Assembly: GCA_963663965.2 (NCBI GenBank)
Contig: CAXXFK010000021.1
Span: forward strand, 32,001-96,000
DNA from: Sedimentisphaerales bacterium
GTDB lineage: Bacteria; Planctomycetota; Phycisphaerae; Sedimentisphaerales; SM23-30
Length of the DNA stretch: 64,000 nucleotides
Direction: 5' to 3'
Of this stretch, positions 61,437-64,000 are shown one piece after another; position 1 is the first letter of the stretch; every line of letters begins with the position of its first letter. The notes under the pieces are model-generated. The model was not told the DNA's origin and made no database searches. It saw only the letters and a program-made list of their open reading frames with translations. The translations under genes and the position numbers were made by a program.

Positions 61437-62840
61437 GTGTCATATTCCTTGAAAATCATCGACTCTCTACGCCTGTTTTGTCTAATACCGGGTATTGGTC
61501 TATTATTGAACACCACAGTTTTATCAGACACTCCCAGTCTACCCGAAACCAGGTTGCTGGATGGATCATCTCAAGCGGCTTTACCCCCTTCCCATGCTGT
61601 TCCAGACACCAATAACAGTCGTAGCAAGGATCCCAATACCCCCTTTGGGGCCTCAACGGGACATCCCACCAATCAGCAATACCAAACCGGGTTATCGCAA
61701 CATACTTCAAGAGAATTTCAGCAAGCCGTCCAATGGCTGGATACCAAATCCGCCCAGATGATCCGGCAATCTCTGCGAACCACAAAATCCGGCATCCATG
61801 CCTTCCCGCCTCAGGTCGGTTCCGGGTACGAAGCATTCTGGTTGCGGGATTATCAATACATGCTGGAAGGTAAAATTGATGCGTTTTCCGATAAAGAACT
61901 AAAAGACGCCTGCCTGTTTTTTGTGCGAGGTCAGCGACATGACGGCGCCATGGTAGACTGCATCAAATTCGATGGAACACCGATTTATATGCCCGGCTAC
62001 GGGTCCATGGGCGCCAATCCGGTTGCGGATGGCTCCCAGTTCTGCGTCGGTGTCGCGTGGCATACCTTCCGCCAGACTCATGATCGGGAATTACTGAATC
62101 AGTTGATTGATCCTTTGATACGCGCGATGGATGCGATCCCAATCAATCCCCAGACAAACCTGGTCTATATCGATCCCCAGGTACCCTGGGACAGGTGCCC
62201 CTATGGTTTTACTGATTCGATCCGTAAAAAAGGAGATATCCTGTTTTGCTCTCTGCTCTATGTCCAGGCCGGCAGGCAGCTATCCGACCTGCTATCCGTA
62301 TTAGATCGACACAAGGACGCCCGATTATGGCTCGACCGGTCCCATCAAAGCGCATCCGCCATCCGTGAAACCTTCTGGTATCCTGATATTGGCCTTTTCC
62401 GGGCCGCAACCATCGAATGCACGCAACCCGATATCTGGGGATCGGCCTTTGCCGTCTATCTTGGGGTCGCCGATCATGATCAATCAATGACGATTGCCCA
62501 ATATTTTAAAAATAACTATAACGGTATCATGAAAAGAGGTCAACTCAGACACACACCCGCTCAGACCTGGTGGGACAAAGGCTGTCGCCCTGAAACCTAT
62601 CAAAATGGCGCTTACTGGGCCACTCCGGTTGGCTGGTTCGTTTACACCCTTGACCTGGTTTCACCGGAACTGGCGGATAAAACCATTATCGACATGGTCA
62701 ATGACTTTAAAATAAACGGGGTATGGGAATGTATCAACGATCATGGCTATCATAATGTTGAAAATTACATCGACTCGGCAACCCTGCCCTTGGCCGGTAT
62801 TCGCGCGATGATATTGCGCCGAATTGAAAATGCTGATTGA
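61437..62840 (+). CDS. Putative (alpha/alpha)6-barrel glycoside hydrolase
   Basis: Y.AFWLRD, YGFTD, YQNGAYW, VWEC; N-terminal signal-like segment. Confidence 0.65.
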   Translation: MSYSLKIIDSLRLFCLIPGIGLLLNTTVLSDTPSLPETRLLDGSSQAALPPSHAVPDTNNSRSKDPNTPFGASTGHPTNQQYQTGLSQHTSREFQQAVQWLDTKSAQMIRQSLRTTKSGIHAFPPQVGSGYEAFWLRDYQYMLEGKIDAFSDKELKDACLFFVRGQRHDGAMVDCIKFDGTPIYMPGYGSMGANPVADGSQFCVGVAWHTFRQTHDRELLNQLIDPLIRAMDAIPINPQTNLVYIDPQVPWDRCPYGFTDSIRKKGDILFCSLLYVQAGRQLSDLLSVLDRHKDARLWLDRSHQSASAIRETFWYPDIGLFRAATIECTQPDIWGSAFAVYLGVADHDQSMTIAQYFKNNYNGIMKRGQLRHTPAQTWWDKGCRPETYQNGAYWATPVGWFVYTLDLVSPELADKTIIDMVNDFKINGVWECINDHGYHNVENYIDSATLPLAGIRAMILRRIENAD

Positions 62841-62848
62841 ACCGGCCT

Positions 62849-63286
62849 TTATTGCTGATGGGCTTTCGCCGCCTCCAGAAACTGCTTGAGATAGCCACGC
62901 TGAATGAATAAATCCAACGCGTCTCCGGTCAGTTTCGGATTACACCCCCAGACACATGCACGCAAATCGTGCAAATTGGCATCCATTTGGATCGACAGCG
63001 TATGGTCAATCAATAACACATGTTCCAGACGTTTATGCAGCCACGCGCTGACGGCGTTTACTTCAGGTCCCCCAACCGAAACCATCGGAACATGATGCAG
63101 TAACTCACAGTTTAAGTACCATAAGTCGCTTATTACTACCGACTTATCGCCAAAACTCTCGGGCTGATATCGTTCGATTTCTTTTTGCAGTCGATAAGCC
63201 TGTGGGCGATCATAACGCTCAGCTTGTAAATTCGATCCAGTAACGATAATGATACTGGTATTTTGTAAATCTGTATCCGGTAACAT
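62849..63286 (-). CDS. Hypothetical protein
   Basis: 145-aa ORF with AGAGAAG upstream and protein-like composition (SVGGPEVNAVS). Confidence 0.7.
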   Translation of the reverse strand: MLPDTDLQNTSIIIVTGSNLQAERYDRPQAYRLQKEIERYQPESFGDKSVVISDLWYLNCELLHHVPMVSVGGPEVNAVSAWLHKRLEHVLLIDHTLSIQMDANLHDLRACVWGCNPKLTGDALDLFIQRGYLKQFLEAAKAHQQ

Positions 63287-63523
63287 ATCTTCTCTATTCT
63301 GAATGAACTGTTATAAAAGGTGAATCGGCTCTGAATGTGACTCTAATTAATTCTATTCATGGTTTAACTCGTTTTCCTGACATTTATTATTTTTTTATAT
63401 AAAATTTTTACCCCATAACCCAAATATATTAAAATAGTTATGAAAAGAACCTGGTTTTCATGATTTAATGCCCCAACCTGATTTTCTCTGGATATTTACC
63501 TGATTTAGAAGATAATAACCCCC

Positions 63524-64000
63524 ATGATTACTATAGTTACTGGAACCGTTGGATTGGATAAGGCGGCCTACCTCAACAAAGTCGAGGGAATCTGCCGTCA
63601 AAATGGTAAAAACGTCAAAGTCTGCCATATCGGCCAGCTGATGTATAACGAAGCGCCGGATATTGCTCCGGGTCGGATCCTCGACCTGCCGATCGGCCGG
63701 CTGCGGGATCTGCGCAGCAGCGTCTTCAAAGACGTCATTAACCTGGCCAAAAAGGAAGAAAACCTGATCGTGAATACTCACGCCACCTTCCGCTGGAAAC
63801 ACGGGCTTTTCCCCGCGTTCGATTTTGATATCCTGGCTGAACTCAATGCCGATCTGTATATCAACCTCATCGATAACGTCGATGCGGTCCATTCCCGGCT
63901 GGTTCGCGACCATCAAATCGACCATTCCCTGAAAGACCTGCTGGTATGGCGTGAAGAAGAAAGCCTGGGCACCGAAATGATGATGCTGGCCTGCCGAGAA
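63524..64000 (+). CDS. Partial nucleoside-monophosphate-kinase-like (archaeal adenylate kinase-like) P-loop protein, runs off the right edge
   Basis: MITIVTGTVGLDK...LIVNTHATFRWKHGLFPAFD...WREEE; open to the window end and absent from the ORF track. Confidence 0.75.
   Translation, partial: MITIVTGTVGLDKAAYLNKVEGICRQNGKNVKVCHIGQLMYNEAPDIAPGRILDLPIGRLRDLRSSVFKDVINLAKKEENLIVNTHATFRWKHGLFPAFDFDILAELNADLYINLIDNVDAVHSRLVRDHQIDHSLKDLLVWREEESLGTEMMMLACRE

Noticed and set aside
1..64000. CRISPR array, tRNA/rRNA, diversity-generating retroelement, integrase or transposase
   Set aside because: No regularly spaced repeats, cloverleaf, reverse transcriptase, adenine-specific repeat pair or recombinase was seen by eye; the LamG copies differ at all base types.

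Overview
Bacterial chromosomal window. The gene content points to Planctomycetota, probably Phycisphaerae/Sedimentisphaerales-like (inference from an ECF/FecR pair, an H-X9-D prepilin-type protein and dockerin-like EF-hand tags). The first 18.2 kb is one minus-strand CDS that the ORF track misses because it runs off the left edge. It encodes at least 6,060 aa with a signal peptide, PKD/Ig repeats, three LamG domains, three beta-helix modules, RCC1 repeats and an Rhs/YD core. Near the window edge the YD core is interrupted by a two-transmembrane-helix insert. Upstream lie a large TPR gene and a candidate structured leader RNA with a short uORF. The remainder holds a ccsA-like/hemA/ahbC heme cluster with a degenerate sigma-54-type regulator and an Rrf2 regulator; carbohydrate loci (GH5, ECF-FecR-GH78, GH2, GH127); a prepilin/FAD-oxidoreductase/GH9-like/symporter operon; an RDD gene split by one in-frame TAG; rpmI-rplT-pheS; and a partial nucleotide-kinase-like gene at the right edge. 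No rRNA, tRNA, CRISPR array or transposase was recognised. All family calls are from motif recognition by eye, not database searches.
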